From: a virus
Lineage: Duplodnaviria; Heunggongvirae; Uroviricota; Caudoviricetes
Direction: 5' to 3' (one strand)
Virus record (IMG/VR): IMGVR_UViG_2778261674_000001
Coordinates: 1 to 13,904 of that record
DNA: 13,904 nt
Shown: positions 5,868-13,904 of the stretch, piece by piece
Numbering within the stretch: position 1 is the first letter of the stretch
Layout: the number at the start of each line of letters is the position of its first letter
Made by a program: the position numbers and the translations under genes
The notes under the pieces: generated by a model
Told to the model about the DNA's origin: nothing
The model's database searches: none
Seen by the model: the letters and a program-made list of their open reading frames with translations, nothing else

Positions 5868-6675
5868 GTTAGCTGATTACAGGCCTCAACTTGAGGTCGT
5901 GGAGCATCGCGTGGCAGATACCGAAGATGGTTTCATGCGCGTTGCTAACGAGATTACCGACAGTCTGCTGATGGCTGATTTAACCGTCCGGCAGTTGAAG
6001 GTGATGCTCGCTATCATGCGCAAGACATACGGATTCAATAAGCCGATGGATCGACTCACAAACACGCAGATAGCAGCCATGACAGGTATTCATCACACTC
6101 ATGTTTGCGCTGCCAAGCGCCAGCTTATCGAGCGTAAATTCCTCATTGCTGATGGCGTGAAAATCGGAGTGAACAAGGTGGTTTCTCAGTGGATTAGCCA
6201 GGACAGCTTAACATTAGCTAAAACAGCTAATAAAACATTAGCCGAGTCGGCTAATGGGTATAAGCCAAGTCAGCTAAACACAAAAGACAATATACAAAAG
6301 ACAATAAATACAAATACCCCCTTACCCCCTAACGGGGGAGGCGATGGGCAGGTTAAACCTGAACGTCGCAAGGCAGAACGAATCGACTACGAATCCTTCC
6401 TGAACGCCTACAACACCGAAGTCGGTGACAGACTTCCACATGCTGTTGCGGTCAACGAGAAACGCAAACGCCGCCTGAAGAAAATCATCCCGCAACTGAA
6501 AACGCCAAACGTGGACGGTTTCAGAGCGTATGTCAGGGCGTTTGTGCATCAGGCCAAGCCGTTTTACTTCGGAGACAACGACACGGGCTGGACGGCAGAT
6601 TTTGATTACCTGCTGAGGGAAGATTCGTTAACGGGAGTACGGGAAGGGAAGTTTGCAGACAGGGGGATTGCATGA
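5854..6675 (+). CDS. O: Replication initiator, lambda O-like N-terminal domain with a different C-terminal domain (273 aa)
   Basis: [39 protein letters not shown] aligns with lambda O (ADLTKRQFKVLLAILRKTYGWNKPMDRITDSQLSEIT). Shine-Dalgarno AGGAG before the ATG. The gene contains iterons plus an AT-rich stretch, as expected for a lambdoid origin. Confidence 0.85.
   Translation: MGVVKLADYRPQLEVVEHRVADTEDGFMRVANEITDSLLMADLTVRQLKVMLAIMRKTYGFNKPMDRLTNTQIAAMTGIHHTHVCAAKRQLIERKFLIADGVKIGVNKVVSQWISQDSLTLAKTANKTLAESANGYKPSQLNTKDNIQKTINTNTPLPPNGGGDGQVKPERRKAERIDYESFLNAYNTEVGDRLPHAVAVNEKRKRRLKKIIPQLKTPNVDGFRAYVRAFVHQAKPFYFGDNDTGWTADFDYLLREDSLTGVREGKFADRGIA
6193..6316. repeat. Putative replication origin inside the O-like gene: four ~19-bp iterons (consensus ATTAGC-N7-GCTAAT) followed by an AT-rich segment
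   Basis: Iterons at 6193-6211 (degenerate), 6213-6231 (ATTAGCTaaaacAGCTAAT), 6237-6255 (ATTAGCCGAGTCGGCTAAT, a perfect palindrome) and 6260-6278 (degenerate). AT-rich ACAAAAGACAATATACAAAAGACAATAAATACAAATAC at 6279-6316. Architecture parallels ori-lambda. Confidence 0.6.
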
Positions 6676-8048
6676 GACAGGATATCGAAGCGAGCGTTAT
6701 CGGTGGCCTGCTGATTGGTGGATTAACACCAACCGCCAGCGACGTTCTGGCAACGCTGGAGCCGGAAGCGTTTTCAATTCCGCTCTACCGGAAAGCCTTC
6801 GAGGTTATCCGCAAGCAGGCGAGAAACAGAAACCTAATCGATGCGCTGATGGTTGCCGAGGCGTGCGGAGAGGAGCATTTCACGTCAATCCTGATGACCA
6901 GCAAAAACTGCCCGAGTGCCGCAAACCTGAAGGGATATGCCGGAATGGTCGCGGATAACTATCACCGCCGTCTGGTGCTGGAAATCATGGATGAAATGCG
7001 TGAACCAATTCAGAGCGGAACCATCGACGCATCGAGTCAGGCGATGGATGAGCTTGTAAAGCGTCTTTCAGCCATCAGAAAGCCCCGTGACGAGGTTAAA
7101 CCTGTACGGTTAGGGGAAATCATTACTGACTACACTGACACGCTTGACAGGCGTCTGAGGAACGGAGAAGAGTCAGATACCCTGAAGACCGGAATCGAAG
7201 AACTTGACGCCATCACCGGAGGGATGAACGCGGAAGACCTGGTGATAATCGCTGCTCGTCCTGGTATGGGGAAAACCGAACTGGCGCTGAAGATTGCCGA
7301 AGGCGTTGCAAGCCGCGTTATTCCTGGTTCTGACGTCCGGCGCGGGGTATTGATTTTCTCAATGGAAATGAGCGCATTGCAGATTGCAGAGCGAAGCATT
7401 GCCAACGCCGGGAGGATGTCGGTTAGTGTGCTGCGAAATCCTGCAGCGATGGATGACGAAGGCTGGGCGCGCGTTGCTAACGGCATGAGTCAGCTTGCAG
7501 ATTTGGATGTATGGGTAGTCGATGCCTCGCGGTTATCGGTCGAAGAAATACGCTCAATCGCAGAACGGCACAAACAGGAAAATCCAAACCTCTCACTCAT
7601 CATGGTGGATTATCTTGGCCTGATTGAGAAGCCGAAAGCAGACCGCAACGACCTCGCAATTGCTCACATCTCCGGAAGCCTGAAGGCGATGGCGAAAGAC
7701 CTGAAAACGCCCGTTATCTCCCTGAGTCAGCTTTCTCGCGATGTTGAGAAGCGACCAAACAAACGCCCGACAAACGCAGATTTGCGTGATTCAGGAAGCA
7801 TTGAACAGGACGCAGACTCAATCATCATGCTCTATCGGGAAGCGGTATATGACGAGAACAGTAGCGCCGCGCCATTTGCTGAAATCATCGTAACGAAAAA
7901 CCGTTTTGGCTCGCTTGGTACGGTTTACCAGCGGTTCTGCAACGGACACTTTGTTGCATGTGACCAGGATGAAGCCAGACAGATTTGCACAACATCAAAT
8001 GCACCTGCTGCACGTGGCAGACGATATGCACAAGGGGCTGACGTATGA
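6672..8048 (+). CDS. DnaB-family replicative helicase (P22 gene 12-like), 458 aa
   Basis: Walker [16 protein letters not shown], DnaB-like N-terminal domain ([12 protein letters not shown]...) and C-terminal RecA-like motifs ([20 protein letters not shown]). The start overlaps the O-like stop (ATGA). This replaces a lambda P-type loader. Confidence 0.85.
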   Translation: MRQDIEASVIGGLLIGGLTPTASDVLATLEPEAFSIPLYRKAFEVIRKQARNRNLIDALMVAEACGEEHFTSILMTSKNCPSAANLKGYAGMVADNYHRRLVLEIMDEMREPIQSGTIDASSQAMDELVKRLSAIRKPRDEVKPVRLGEIITDYTDTLDRRLRNGEESDTLKTGIEELDAITGGMNAEDLVIIAARPGMGKTELALKIAEGVASRVIPGSDVRRGVLIFSMEMSALQIAERSIANAGRMSVSVLRNPAAMDDEGWARVANGMSQLADLDVWVVDASRLSVEEIRSIAERHKQENPNLSLIMVDYLGLIEKPKADRNDLAIAHISGSLKAMAKDLKTPVISLSQLSRDVEKRPNKRPTNADLRDSGSIEQDADSIIMLYREAVYDENSSAAPFAEIIVTKNRFGSLGTVYQRFCNGHFVACDQDEARQICTTSNAPAARGRRYAQGADV

Positions 8049-8125
8049 CCATCTACATCACTGAGCTTGTAACAGGCCTGCTGGTAATCGCAGGCCTTTT
8101 TATTTGGGGGAGAGGGAAGTCATGA
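8045..8125 (+). CDS. Possible 26-aa hydrophobic peptide ([26 protein letters not shown]) translationally coupled between the helicase and ninB
   Basis: Its ATG overlaps the helicase stop (ATGA at 8045-8048) and its TGA overlaps the ninB ATG (8122-8125). It has a single predicted transmembrane-like segment. Speculative; it could simply be an intergenic spacer. Confidence 0.25.
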   Translation: MTIYITELVTGLLVIAGLFIWGRGKS

Positions 8126-8562
8126 AAAAACTAACCTTTGAAATTCGATCTCCAGCACATCAGCAAAACGCTATTCACGCAGTACAGCAAATCCTTCCAG
8201 ACCCAACCAAACCAATCGTAGTAACCATTCAGGAACGCAACCGCAGCTTAGACCAAAACCGAAAGCTTTGGGCTTGCCTTGGTGACGTCTCTCGTCAGGT
8301 TGAATGGCATGGTCGCTGGCTGGATGCAGAAAGCTGGAAGTGTGTGTTTACCGCAGCATTAAAGCAGCAGGACGTTGTTCCTAACCTTGCCGGGAATGGC
8401 TTTGTGGTAATAGGCCAGTCAACCAGCAGGATGCGTGTAAGCGAATTTGCGGAGCTATTAGAGCTTATACAGGCATTCGGTACAGAGCGTGGCGTTAAGT
8501 GGTCAGACGAAGCGCGACTGGCTCTCGAATGGAAAGCGCGATGGGGAGATCGGGCTGCATGA
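8122..8562 (+). CDS. ninB: NinB (Orf family recombination mediator), 146 aa
   Basis: [74 protein letters not shown]... matches lambda NinB. Shine-Dalgarno GGGAGAGGGAAG upstream. The track ORF start at 8104 is a spurious upstream extension. Confidence 0.9.
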   Translation: MKKLTFEIRSPAHQQNAIHAVQQILPDPTKPIVVTIQERNRSLDQNRKLWACLGDVSRQVEWHGRWLDAESWKCVFTAALKQQDVVPNLAGNGFVVIGQSTSRMRVSEFAELLELIQAFGTERGVKWSDEARLALEWKARWGDRAA

Positions 8563-9086
8563 CTATCAAATCAAATACGCCAGCACACGACAAGGACTGC
8601 TGGCAAACGCCGCTTTGGCTTTTTGATGCACTGGATATTGAGTTTGGATTCTGGCTGGATTCGGCAGCGAGCGACAAAAATGCTCTGTGTGCTCACTGGC
8701 TAACTGAGTCCGACGACGCTCTCAATTCTGAGTGGGTAAGCCACGGTGCAATCTGGAATAACCCACCGTACAGCAATATCAGGCCGTGGGTGGAAAAAGC
8801 CGCTGAGCAGTGCATACAACAACGACAGACGGTAGTGATGCTTGTGCCAGAGGATATGTCAGTCGGATGGTTCAGCAAGGCTCTGGAGAGTGTCGACGAA
8901 GTTCGCATTATCACTGATGGACGGATTAATTTTATCGAACCATCGACAGGGCTGGAGAAGAAGGGAAACAGCAAAGGCTCCATGCTGCTGATTTGGCGAC
9001 CGTTCATCAGTCCTCGACGGATGTTTACTACCGTATCCAAAGCGGCATTGATGGAGATCGGGCAGGGCGTCAGGAGGGCGGCATGA
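8559..9086 (+). CDS. Phage Dam-family DNA N6-adenine methyltransferase (orphan), 175 aa
   Basis: Internal start [25 protein letters not shown]... overlaps the ninB stop (ATGA). The catalytic NPPY motif lies at nt 8760-8771. The CWQTP...NPPY arrangement is typical of the small phage Dam family. Confidence 0.8.
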   Translation: MTIKSNTPAHDKDCWQTPLWLFDALDIEFGFWLDSAASDKNALCAHWLTESDDALNSEWVSHGAIWNNPPYSNIRPWVEKAAEQCIQQRQTVVMLVPEDMSVGWFSKALESVDEVRIITDGRINFIEPSTGLEKKGNSKGSMLLIWRPFISPRRMFTTVSKAALMEIGQGVRRAA

Positions 9087-9259
9087 GGCGACAGCGACGA
9101 AGCATCACCGACATAATCTGCGAAAACTGCAAATACCTTCCAACGAAACGCTCCAGAAATAAACGCAAGCAAATCCCAAAAGAATCTGACGTAAAAACCT
9201 TCAACTACACGGCTCACCTGTGGGATATCCGGTGGCTAAGACATCGTGCGAGGAAATGA
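9083..9259 (+). CDS. ninE: NinE-like protein (58 aa)
   Basis: [58 protein letters not shown] matches lambda/DLP12 NinE as recalled. The start overlaps the methyltransferase stop (ATGA). Confidence 0.75.
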   Translation: MRRQRRSITDIICENCKYLPTKRSRNKRKQIPKESDVKTFNYTAHLWDIRWLRHRARK

Positions 9260-9261
9260 CA

Positions 9262-9603
9262 ATGGATTATTCACAGTTAAGTGATTTTGAAATTAACAGA
9301 ATGGTAGGAGACATAATTTTTAAAGGACTTTGGGCATGTAAACCGGAAACGTCAGGGAATAACACCAACAAATGGTATTACGGAAATGCTGATACAACTT
9401 TTGAGCCATTAAATCATTTGCCTGACTACTGCAATGATCCGAGCGCTTCATGGCCGATTATTGAGAAATACAGGATTTCTATCTTAGACCAGTTAACTGA
9501 ATGGTGTGTGGATGCAAAAGGCGTAAGCCCAATATTTGATACCAGACCTCTCCGCGCCGCCATGATTGTCTTTCTCCTGATGCAGGAGGCCAATAATGCT
9601 TAG
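9262..9603 (+). CDS. Hypothetical nin-region protein (113 aa)
   Basis: ORF with Shine-Dalgarno GAGGA 7 nt upstream of the ATG at 9262 (an alternative ATG at 9256 overlaps the ninE stop). [70 protein letters not shown]... No function recognised. Confidence 0.6.
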   Translation: MDYSQLSDFEINRMVGDIIFKGLWACKPETSGNNTNKWYYGNADTTFEPLNHLPDYCNDPSASWPIIEKYRISILDQLTEWCVDAKGVSPIFDTRPLRAAMIVFLLMQEANNA

Positions 9604-9772
9604 CCCATCCCAATCCCTTCAATACCAGAAAGAAAGCGTCGAGCGGGCTTTAACGTGCGCTAACTGCGGTCAGAAGCTGCATGTGCTGGAAGTTCACATG
9701 TGTGAGCACTGCTGCGCAGAACTGATGAGCGATCCGAATAGCTCAATGCACGAGGAAGAAGACGATGAATGA
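9596..9772 (+). CDS. ninF: NinF (58 aa, Cys-rich)
   Basis: Hand-translated: [58 protein letters not shown], matching lambda NinF as recalled. Absent from the track because it is under 60 aa. Confidence 0.75.
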   Translation: MLSPSQSLQYQKESVERALTCANCGQKLHVLEVHMCEHCCAELMSDPNSSMHEEEDDE

Positions 9773-10487
9773 GTTAATAAATGGCAATGCCATCAAAATG
9801 ACAAGCATTGAAATCGCTGAGTTGGTTGGTAAGCGTCATGACAATGTGAAACGTACCATCGAAACGCTGGCTAAAAATGGTGTTATCCGGCTTCCTCAAA
9901 TTGAGGTTTCCGAAAGAATCAATAACTTAGGGTTCAATGTTCAGTACGAGCATTACGTTTTCGAAGGCGAACAAGGTAAGCGAGACAGTATTGTCGTTGT
10001 TGCCCAGTTGTCGCCGGAATTCACCGCTCGCCTTGTTGACCGCTGGCGAGAGCTTGAAGAAGCTGCGGTTAATATCCCCAAAACGCTACCAGAAGCGTTG
10101 CGCCTTGCTGCTGATCTTGCTGAGCAGAAAATGCAACTGGAAAACCAGCTCGCAATTGCCGCACCTAAAGTTGAGTTTGCCGATCGCGTTGGCGAGGCCA
10201 GCGGAATTTTGATTGGAAACTTTGCAAAGGTTGTCGGTATTGGTCCAAACAAACTGTTTGCGTGGATGCGCGATCACAAAATCCTTATTGCTTCAGGTTC
10301 CCGGCGCAATGTGCCAATGCAGGAATATATGGATCGCGGCTATTTCACAGTGAAAGAAACAGCGGTCAACACAAATCACGGAATACAGATATCGTTCACC
10401 ACAAAAATCACCGGGCGTGGTCAACAGTGGCTGACCAGAAAGCTGCTCGATAACGGAATGCTGAAAGTAACAGGTGAGGCTGCTTAA
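9765..10487 (+). CDS. Rha-N / KilA-C (ANT) domain protein, antirepressor-like or Roi-like (240 aa)
   Basis: N-terminus MTSIEIAELVGKRHDNVKRTIETL is a Rha-family signature. The C-terminal half (ILIGNFAKVVGIGPNKLFAWMRDHKILIASGSRRNVPMQEYMDRGYFTVKE...) resembles the KilA-C/ANT domain. Domain calls are from recalled motifs. Confidence 0.7.
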   Translation: MNELINGNAIKMTSIEIAELVGKRHDNVKRTIETLAKNGVIRLPQIEVSERINNLGFNVQYEHYVFEGEQGKRDSIVVVAQLSPEFTARLVDRWRELEEAAVNIPKTLPEALRLAADLAEQKMQLENQLAIAAPKVEFADRVGEASGILIGNFAKVVGIGPNKLFAWMRDHKILIASGSRRNVPMQEYMDRGYFTVKETAVNTNHGIQISFTTKITGRGQQWLTRKLLDNGMLKVTGEAA

Positions 10488-10777
10488 TGGCTAATCTACG
10501 CAAAGAAGCACGCGGCAGAGAATGCCAGGTACGTATTTACGGCGTATGCAATGGCAACCCTGAAACTACAGTTCTGGCACATTATCGGATGGCTGGAATT
10601 TGCGGAACGGGAATGAAGCCTGACGACCTGATCGGCGCATGGGCTTGTAGCGCGTGTCACGATGAAATCGACCGACGCACCCATAATCTCGACAACAAAG
10701 ACGCCAGACTTTACCACCTCGAAGGCGTGATCAGGACGCAGGCGATACTGCTGAAGGAGGGGAAGATTAAGTCATGA
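10487..10777 (+). CDS. ybcO: YbcO-like DUF1364 protein (Cys/His-rich, putative nuclease), 96 aa
   Basis: MANLRKEARGRECQVRIYGVCNGNPETTVLAHYRMAGICGTGMKPDDLIGAWACSACHDEIDRRTH... closely resembles DLP12 YbcO as recalled. Confidence 0.8.
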   Translation: MANLRKEARGRECQVRIYGVCNGNPETTVLAHYRMAGICGTGMKPDDLIGAWACSACHDEIDRRTHNLDNKDARLYHLEGVIRTQAILLKEGKIKS

Positions 10778-11136
10778 ACGAATATCAGTTTGTGCTTCCA
10801 TACCCGCCGTCGGTGAACACCTACTGGCGAAGACGGGGAAGCCAATACTACATCAGCGATAAAGGCCAGAAATACCGAAAAGACGTTCAGCAAATCATCC
10901 GCCAACTCAAGTTAGACATTTTCACCAAATCACGACTCCGCATCAAAGTCATCGCAGACGTTCCAGACTCCCGCCGCCGCGACCTCGACAACATCCTGAA
11001 AGGTTTACTCGATTCCCTTATCCACGCCGGATTTGCGGAAGACGACGAGCAATTCGATGACATTCGCGTAATTCGTGGTGTGAAAGTACCAGGCGGACGG
11101 CTTGGAATAAAAATCACCGAACTGGAGAACGCATGA
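10774..11136 (+). CDS. rusA: RusA Holliday-junction resolvase (120 aa)
   Basis: LPYPPSVNTYWRRRG...PDSRRRDLDNILKGLLDSLIHAGFAEDDEQFDDIRV parallels E. coli RusA (LPWPPSNNRYY...[24 protein letters not shown]..DD). The catalytic Asp cluster is conserved. Confidence 0.85.
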   Translation: MNEYQFVLPYPPSVNTYWRRRGSQYYISDKGQKYRKDVQQIIRQLKLDIFTKSRLRIKVIADVPDSRRRDLDNILKGLLDSLIHAGFAEDDEQFDDIRVIRGVKVPGGRLGIKITELENA

Positions 11137-11321
11137 ACGCCACAATTCAAACGATACCAGAGCTTCTTATCCAGACACGAGGCAATCAGACCGAAGTGGC
11201 AAGGATGCTTTCCTGCGCAAGAGGAACAGTGCTCAAGTACAACCGAGACAGCAAAGGCGAGCGTCACGTAATAGTTAACGGCGTCCTGATGGTCAAACAG
11301 GGCAAGAGGGGTAGACCATGA
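11133..11321 (+). CDS. ninH: NinH-like small DNA-binding protein (62 aa)
   Basis: MNATIQTIPELLIQTRGNQTEVARMLSCARGTVLKYNRDSKGERHVIVNGVLMV resembles lambda NinH (..KTIPDMLVEAYGNQTEVARRLKCSRGTVRKY...VLMV). Confidence 0.8.
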   Translation: MNATIQTIPELLIQTRGNQTEVARMLSCARGTVLKYNRDSKGERHVIVNGVLMVKQGKRGRP

Positions 11322-11941
11322 GACTCGAAAGTGTAGCTAAATTTCATTCGCCAAAAAGCCCGATGATGAGCGACTCACCACGGGCTACGGCTTCTGACTC
11401 TCTTTCCGGTACTGATGTGATGGCTGCTATGGGGATGGCGCAATCACAAGCCGGGTTCGGAATGGCTGCATTCTGTGGTAAGCACGAACTCAGCCAGAAC
11501 GACAAACAAAAGGCTATCAACTATCTGATGCAATTTGCACACAAGGTATCGGGGAAATACCGTGGCGTGGCAAAGCTTGAAGGAAATACTAAGGCAAAGG
11601 TACTGCAAGTGCTCGCAACATTCGCTTATGCGGATTATTGCCGTAGTGCCGCGACGCCTGGCGCAAGATGCAGAGATTGCCACGGTACAGGTCGGGCGGT
11701 TGATATTGCCAAAACGGAGCAGTGGGGGAGAGTTGTTGAGAAAGAGTGCGGAAGATGCAAAGGTGTCGGCTATTCAAGAATGCCAGCAAGCGCCGCATAT
11801 CGCGCTGTGACGATGCTAATCCCAAACCTTACTCAACCCACCTGGTCACGCACTGTTAAGCCTCTGTATGACGCTCTGGTGGTGCAATGCCACAAAGAAG
11901 AGTCAATCGCAGACAACATTTTGAATGCGGTCACACGTTAG
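11318..11941 (+). CDS. Q: Q late-gene antiterminator, lambda type (207 aa)
   Basis: MRLESVAKFHSPKSPMMSDSPRATASDSLSGTDVMAAMGMAQSQAGFG... through ...CHKEESIADNILNAVTR is lambda Q essentially throughout, as recalled. Confidence 0.95.
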   Translation: MRLESVAKFHSPKSPMMSDSPRATASDSLSGTDVMAAMGMAQSQAGFGMAAFCGKHELSQNDKQKAINYLMQFAHKVSGKYRGVAKLEGNTKAKVLQVLATFAYADYCRSAATPGARCRDCHGTGRAVDIAKTEQWGRVVEKECGRCKGVGYSRMPASAAYRAVTMLIPNLTQPTWSRTVKPLYDALVVQCHKEESIADNILNAVTR

Positions 11942-11983
11942 CAGCATGATTGCCACGGATGGCAACATATTAACGGCATGATA

Positions 11984-12025
11984 TTGACTTTTTGAATAAA
12001 GTTGGGTAAATTTGACATCAACGAT
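11984..12025 (+). promoter_or_regulatory. pR' late promoter with overlapping qut site
   Basis: -35 TTGACT (11984-11989), 17-bp spacer, -10 TAAATT (12007-12012). The sequence is near-identical to lambda pR' with a few substitutions. Confidence 0.85.
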
Positions 12026-12212
12026 GGGTTAATTCGCTCGTTGTGGTAGTGAGATGAAAAGAGGCGGCGCTTACTACCGATTCCGCCTAGTTGGTCACTT
12101 CGACGTATCGTCTGGAACTCCAACCATCGCAGGCAGAGAGGTCTGCAAAATGCAATCCCGAAACAGTTCGCAGGTAATAGTTAGAGCCTGCATAACGGTT
12201 TCGGGATTTTTT
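12019..12212 (+). ncRNA. 6S RNA: short pR' transcript ending at tR' (about 194 nt)
   Basis: The region between pR' and the T-tract at 12207-12212 is lambda-identical as recalled. The inferred length of about 194 nt equals that of lambda 6S RNA. Confidence 0.7.
12154..12212 (+). terminator. tR' terminator (read through under Q antitermination)
   Basis: ATCCCGAAAC (12154-12163) pairs with GTTTCGGGAT (12198-12207), followed by a T-run to 12212. Same sequence as lambda tR'. Confidence 0.8.
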
Positions 12213-12618
12213 ATATCTGCACAACAGGTAAGAGCATTGAGTCGATAATCGTGAAGAGTCGGCGAGCCTGGTTAGCCAGTGCTCTTTCCGTTGTGCTGAA
12301 TTAAGCGAATACCGGAAGCAGAACCGGATCACCAAATGCGTACAGGCGTCATCGCCGCCCAGCAACAGCACAACCCAAACTGAGCCGTAGCCACTGTCTG
12401 TCCTGAATTCATTAGTAATAGTTACGCTGCGGCCTTTTACACATGACCTTCGTGAAAGCGGGTGGCAGGAGGTCGCGCTAACAACCTCCTGCCGTTTTGC
12501 CCGTGCATATCGGTCACGAACAAATCTGATTACTAAACACAGTAGCCTGGATTTGTTCTATCAGTAATCGACCTTATTCCTAATTAAATAGAGCAAATCC
12601 CCTTATTGGGGGTAAGAC

Positions 12619-12942
12619 ATGAAGATGCCAGAAAAACATGACCTGTTGGCCGCCATTCTCGCGGCAAAGGAACAAGGCATCGGGGCAATCCTTGCGTTTG
12701 CAATGGCGTACCTTCGCGGCAGATATAATGGCGGTGCGTTTACAAAAACAGTAATCGACGCAACGATGTGCGCCATTATCGCCTGGTTCATTCGTGACCT
12801 TCTCGACCTCGCCGGACTAAGTAGCAATCTCGCTTATATAACGAGCGTGTTCATCGGCTACATCGGTACTGACTCGATTGGTTCGCTTATCAAACGCTTC
12901 GCTGCTAAAAAAGCCGGAGTAGAAGATGGTGGAAATCAATAA
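12619..12942 (+). CDS. S: S holin (S107/S105 dual-start motif ATG AAG ATG)
   Basis: [62 protein letters not shown]... is lambda S, 107 aa. The second start codon is at 12625. Confidence 0.95.
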   Translation: MKMPEKHDLLAAILAAKEQGIGAILAFAMAYLRGRYNGGAFTKTVIDATMCAIIAWFIRDLLDLAGLSSNLAYITSVFIGYIGTDSIGSLIKRFAAKKAGVEDGGNQ

Positions 12943-13402
12943 TCAACGTAAGGCGTTCCTCGATATGCTGGCGTGGTCAGAGGGAACTGATAACGGACGG
13001 CAGAAAACCAGAAATCATGGTTATGACGTCATTGTTGGCGGAGAGCTATTCACTGATTACTCCGATCACCCTCGCAAACTTGTCACGCTAAACCCAAAAC
13101 TCAAATCAACAGCCGCCGGACGTTACCAGCTTCTTTCCCGTTGGTGGGATGCCTACCGCAAGCAGCTTGGCCTGAAAGACTTCTCTCCCAAAAGCCAGGA
13201 CGCTGTGGCACTGCAACAGATTAAAGAGCGTGGCGCTTTACCGATGATTGATCGCGGTGATATCCGTCAGGCAATCGACCGTTGCAGCAATATCTGGGCT
13301 TCGTTGCCCGGGGCTGGTTATGGCCAGTTCGAGCATAAGGCTGACAGCCTGATTGCAAAATTCAAAGAAGCTGGCGGAACAGTCAGAGAGATTGAGGTAT
13401 GA
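12926..13402 (+). CDS. R: R endolysin (lytic transglycosylase), 158 aa
   Basis: [77 protein letters not shown]... is lambda R. It overlaps the 3' end of S as in lambda. Confidence 0.95.
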   Translation: MVEINNQRKAFLDMLAWSEGTDNGRQKTRNHGYDVIVGGELFTDYSDHPRKLVTLNPKLKSTAAGRYQLLSRWWDAYRKQLGLKDFSPKSQDAVALQQIKERGALPMIDRGDIRQAIDRCSNIWASLPGAGYGQFEHKADSLIAKFKEAGGTVREIEV

Positions 13403-13836
13403 GCAGAGTAACCGCGATTATCTCCGCTCTGGTTATCTGCATCATCGTCTGCCTGTCATGGGCTGTTAATCATTACCGTGATAACGCCATCGCCTACAAA
13501 GAGCAGCGCGATAAGGCCGCATCCATCATCGCTGATATGCAGAAGCGTCAACGTGATGTAGCAGAACTCGACGCCAGATACACAAAGGAGCTTGCTGATG
13601 CTAACGCGACTATCGAAAGTCTCCGTGCTGATGTTTCTGCTGGTCGTAAGCGCCTGCAAGTCGCCGCCACCTGTGCAAAGTCAACGACCGGAGCCAGCGG
13701 CATGGGCGATGGAGAAAGCCCAAGACTTACAGCAGATGCTGAACTCAATTATTACCGTCTACGAAGCGGAATCGACAGGATAACCGCGCAGGTTAACTAC
13801 CTGCAGGAGTACATCAGGACTCAGTGCCTGAAATAA
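13399..13836 (+). CDS. Rz: Rz (i-spanin), 145 aa; N-terminus is lambda-like, the remainder diverged
   Basis: [31 protein letters not shown]... matches lambda Rz for about 30 residues and then diverges. Start overlaps the R stop (ATGA). Confidence 0.85.
   Translation: MSRVTAIISALVICIIVCLSWAVNHYRDNAIAYKEQRDKAASIIADMQKRQRDVAELDARYTKELADANATIESLRADVSAGRKRLQVAATCAKSTTGASGMGDGESPRLTADAELNYYRLRSGIDRITAQVNYLQEYIRTQCLK
13592..13783 (+). CDS. Rz1: Rz1 (o-spanin lipoprotein), embedded in the +1 frame of Rz
   Basis: 63-aa [32 protein letters not shown]... with a signal peptide, a lipobox-like VSAC and a Pro-rich mature region. It lies wholly inside Rz in another frame, the canonical Rz/Rz1 arrangement. 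Confidence 0.75.
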   Translation: MLMLTRLSKVSVLMFLLVVSACKSPPPVQSQRPEPAAWAMEKAQDLQQMLNSIITVYEAESTG

Positions 13837-13867
13837 TTTTTTTGCAAATCACAAAGTCCATTTAATG

Positions 13868-13891
13868 AGCCTCGCGATGCGGGGCTTTTTT
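13868..13891 (+). terminator. Rho-independent terminator downstream of Rz
   Basis: Stem AGCCTCGC (13868-13875) / GCGGGGCT (13879-13886), with one G-U pair, a 3-nt loop GAT, and TTTTTT at 13886-13891. Confidence 0.6.
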
Positions 13892-13904
13892 GCAATAAAT
13901 GCGT

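Noticed and set aside
6653-6958. 101-aa plus-strand ORF overlapping the O-like/helicase junction in another frame
   Set aside because: It lies entirely within well-supported genes (the O-like C-terminus and helicase N-terminus) and its product is Arg/Gly-rich low-complexity sequence. A shadow ORF.
7130-7486. 118-aa minus-strand ORF
   Set aside because: Antisense to the DnaB-family helicase gene, with no Shine-Dalgarno and low-complexity Ser/Ala-rich product.
8693-9217. 174-aa minus-strand ORF
   Set aside because: Antisense to the Dam methyltransferase and ninE genes, which are supported by motif and homology. A shadow ORF.
9937-10277. Several overlapping ORFs on both strands (63-99 aa)
   Set aside because: All lie inside the Rha/KilAC gene in alternative or antisense frames. 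None has its own start signals.
11444-11825. Minus-strand and alternative-frame ORFs (78-91 aa) inside Q
   Set aside because: Q is lambda-identical across this span, so these are shadow ORFs.
1-13904. Search for CRISPR arrays, IS elements or transposases, integrase and att sites, rRNA and tRNA
   Set aside because: No direct-repeat/spacer periodicity, no transposase-like or integrase-like ORF, and no cloverleaf-capable sequence was seen. The window is internal to the phage genome, so attachment sites would not be expected here.

Overview
This window is a contiguous stretch of a lambdoid (lambda-like) phage or prophage, running from the recombination genes through immunity, replication, the nin region and Q into the lysis cassette. 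No search was run; all identities come from reading the six-frame translations against remembered lambda and DLP12 protein sequences. Leftward (pL) operon on the minus strand: bet (partial), gam, kil, cIII, ea10, ral, orf28 and N, with nutL and pL/OL. Rightward operon on the plus strand: a YdaS/Cro-family regulator, nutR, a cII homologue, an O-like initiator with internal iterons, a DnaB-family helicase, then ninB, a Dam-like methyltransferase, ninE, ninF, a Rha/KilAC antirepressor-like gene, ybcO-like, rusA, ninH and Q, followed by pR'/6S RNA/tR' and S, R, Rz/Rz1. The recombination block and the Q-to-R block read as essentially lambda, while the immunity, replication and parts of the nin region are non-lambda, so the element is a mosaic. 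The most interesting part is the slot between OL/pL and the repressor gene, where lambda carries rexAB. Here it holds an AT-rich cassette encoding a 333-aa ClpP-fold (SDH/S49-like) serine-protease-like protein, with a 61-91 codon ORF nested out of frame in its 3' end and its own terminator. I regard this as a candidate uncharacterised lysogen-expressed phage-exclusion module. No rRNA, tRNA, CRISPR array, IS element, integrase or att site was found.
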